Below are positions 63,659-64,000 of a stretch of 64,000 nucleotides of DNA, piece after piece. Position numbers and translations under genes: made by a program. The notes under the pieces were generated by a model. The model saw nothing but the letters and a program-made list of their open reading frames with translations, was not told the DNA's origin and searched no databases. The stretch's first letter is position 1; each line of letters opens with the position of its first letter. Where the stretch lies: positions 2,517-66,516 of the forward strand of contig JAZKRS010000004.1 of assembly GCA_036626435.1 (NCBI GenBank). The letters run 5' to 3'. Source of the DNA: Haloarculaceae archaeon (lineage in GTDB: Archaea > Halobacteriota > Halobacteria > Halobacteriales > Haloarculaceae).

Positions 63659-64000
63659 CTAGTTCCGGCGCGAGCCCTGGGTGCTTCCGGGCCGCGTCGC
63701 GTCCACCCAGTTGGCCTCGTCGAGGACGATTCGCGAGATGGTGGCGGCGACGCGCCGGGCGCTTGCCTCCCGCTTGAAGAAGGCGACGTGACCGAGGGAG
63801 GCGCTCACCGACCGGCTCACCTCGATCGTGGGCGCTCGCTCGTCGCCGACGATCTCTTCGACCTTTCGCGTGATCTGTTCGCCCACCTCCGAGGCCGCCG
63901 GCGGCGCGAGCTCCTTGCCCGTCGGGAGCAGGTCGTAGGTGACGGCGTAGCCCTCCTCGTAGGACTCGACGGCGAAGAAGGGCTCGCCGGCCCGTTCGGC
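63659..64000 (-). CDS. C-terminal part of a larger protein, probably an XPB/Rad25-type helicase (5' end outside window)
   Basis: The frame is open from the window edge to the stop at 63659. The product call rests only on the known XPB-Bax1 gene pairing; no helicase motif is visible in the 113 aa present. Confidence 0.4.
   Translation of the reverse strand, partial: AERAGEPFFAVESYEEGYAVTYDLLPTGKELAPPAASEVGEQITRKVEEIVGDERAPTIEVSRSVSASLGHVAFFKREASARRVAATISRIVLDEANWVDATRPGSTQGSRRN

Noticed and set aside
61899-63662. 587-aa plus-strand and 564-aa minus-strand ORFs overlapping the DUF790 gene
   Set aside because: Arg-rich artefactual frames. The 518-aa frame has the recognisable DUF790 N-terminus and core.
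1-64000. CRISPR arrays, rRNA and tRNA genes
   Set aside because: No regularly spaced direct repeats were seen. No rRNA-like conserved stretches and no cloverleaf-compatible sequences were recognised by eye. A tRNAscan/Infernal run would be needed for certainty.

Overview
This is a GC-rich (by eye about two-thirds G+C, not computed), gene-dense chromosomal segment that looks haloarchaeal (class Halobacteria). Supporting signs are the acidic proteins, TFB, aIF6, ribosomal proteins L39e/L31e/LX, prefoldin, archaeal type II 3-dehydroquinate synthase, and TATA boxes about 25 nt upstream of start codons (leaderless style). All product calls come from motif and family recognition on the supplied translations; no searches were run.

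Most of the window is housekeeping:
- a branched-chain amino-acid operon on the minus strand (cimA/leuA-ilvB-ilvN-ilvC-small ORF-leuC-leuD ... leuB);
- scattered shikimate genes (aroB', aroD, aroA, aroC);
- the conserved rpl39e-rpl31e-eif6-rplX-pfdA-ftsY operon;
- grpE, a PolX / Mut7-C cluster, NfeD-SPFH, a RimK-like ligase with an M14-like amidohydrolase, an ABC-2 transporter, PiT, ZIP, pdxT, rlmE, an m5C RNA methyltransferase, and Bax1(DUF790) with a probable XPB at the right edge.

No rRNA, tRNA, CRISPR array or recognisable canonical defence system was seen. Many long track ORFs are GC-driven antisense artefacts.

The unusual content is mobile or repetitive DNA:
1. Three families of short palindromic MITE-like elements (78, 40-41 and 80 nt) have related termini (TACTG.../TAGTG...) and 3-bp T(C/G)A flanking duplications. 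Families A and B sit exactly on stop codons, so the duplicated TGA serves as the stop of the neighbouring gene.
2. One IS200/IS605-type (IS1341-like) element has an intact tnpB, identical 23-nt hairpin-containing ends and no tnpA. A 39-aa AbrB/SpoVT-like ORF sits 6 nt upstream of tnpB. The element is inserted in a DUF1684 gene that is also frameshifted.

Secondary oddities:
- an apparent 1-nt frame break at the 5' end of cimA/leuA;
- an uncharacterised PD-(D/E)xK plus Cys-cluster protein near the PolX/Mut7-C operon;
- an ABC-2 permease fused to a PrsW-like protease domain;
- a lower-GC islet between aroA and aroC.
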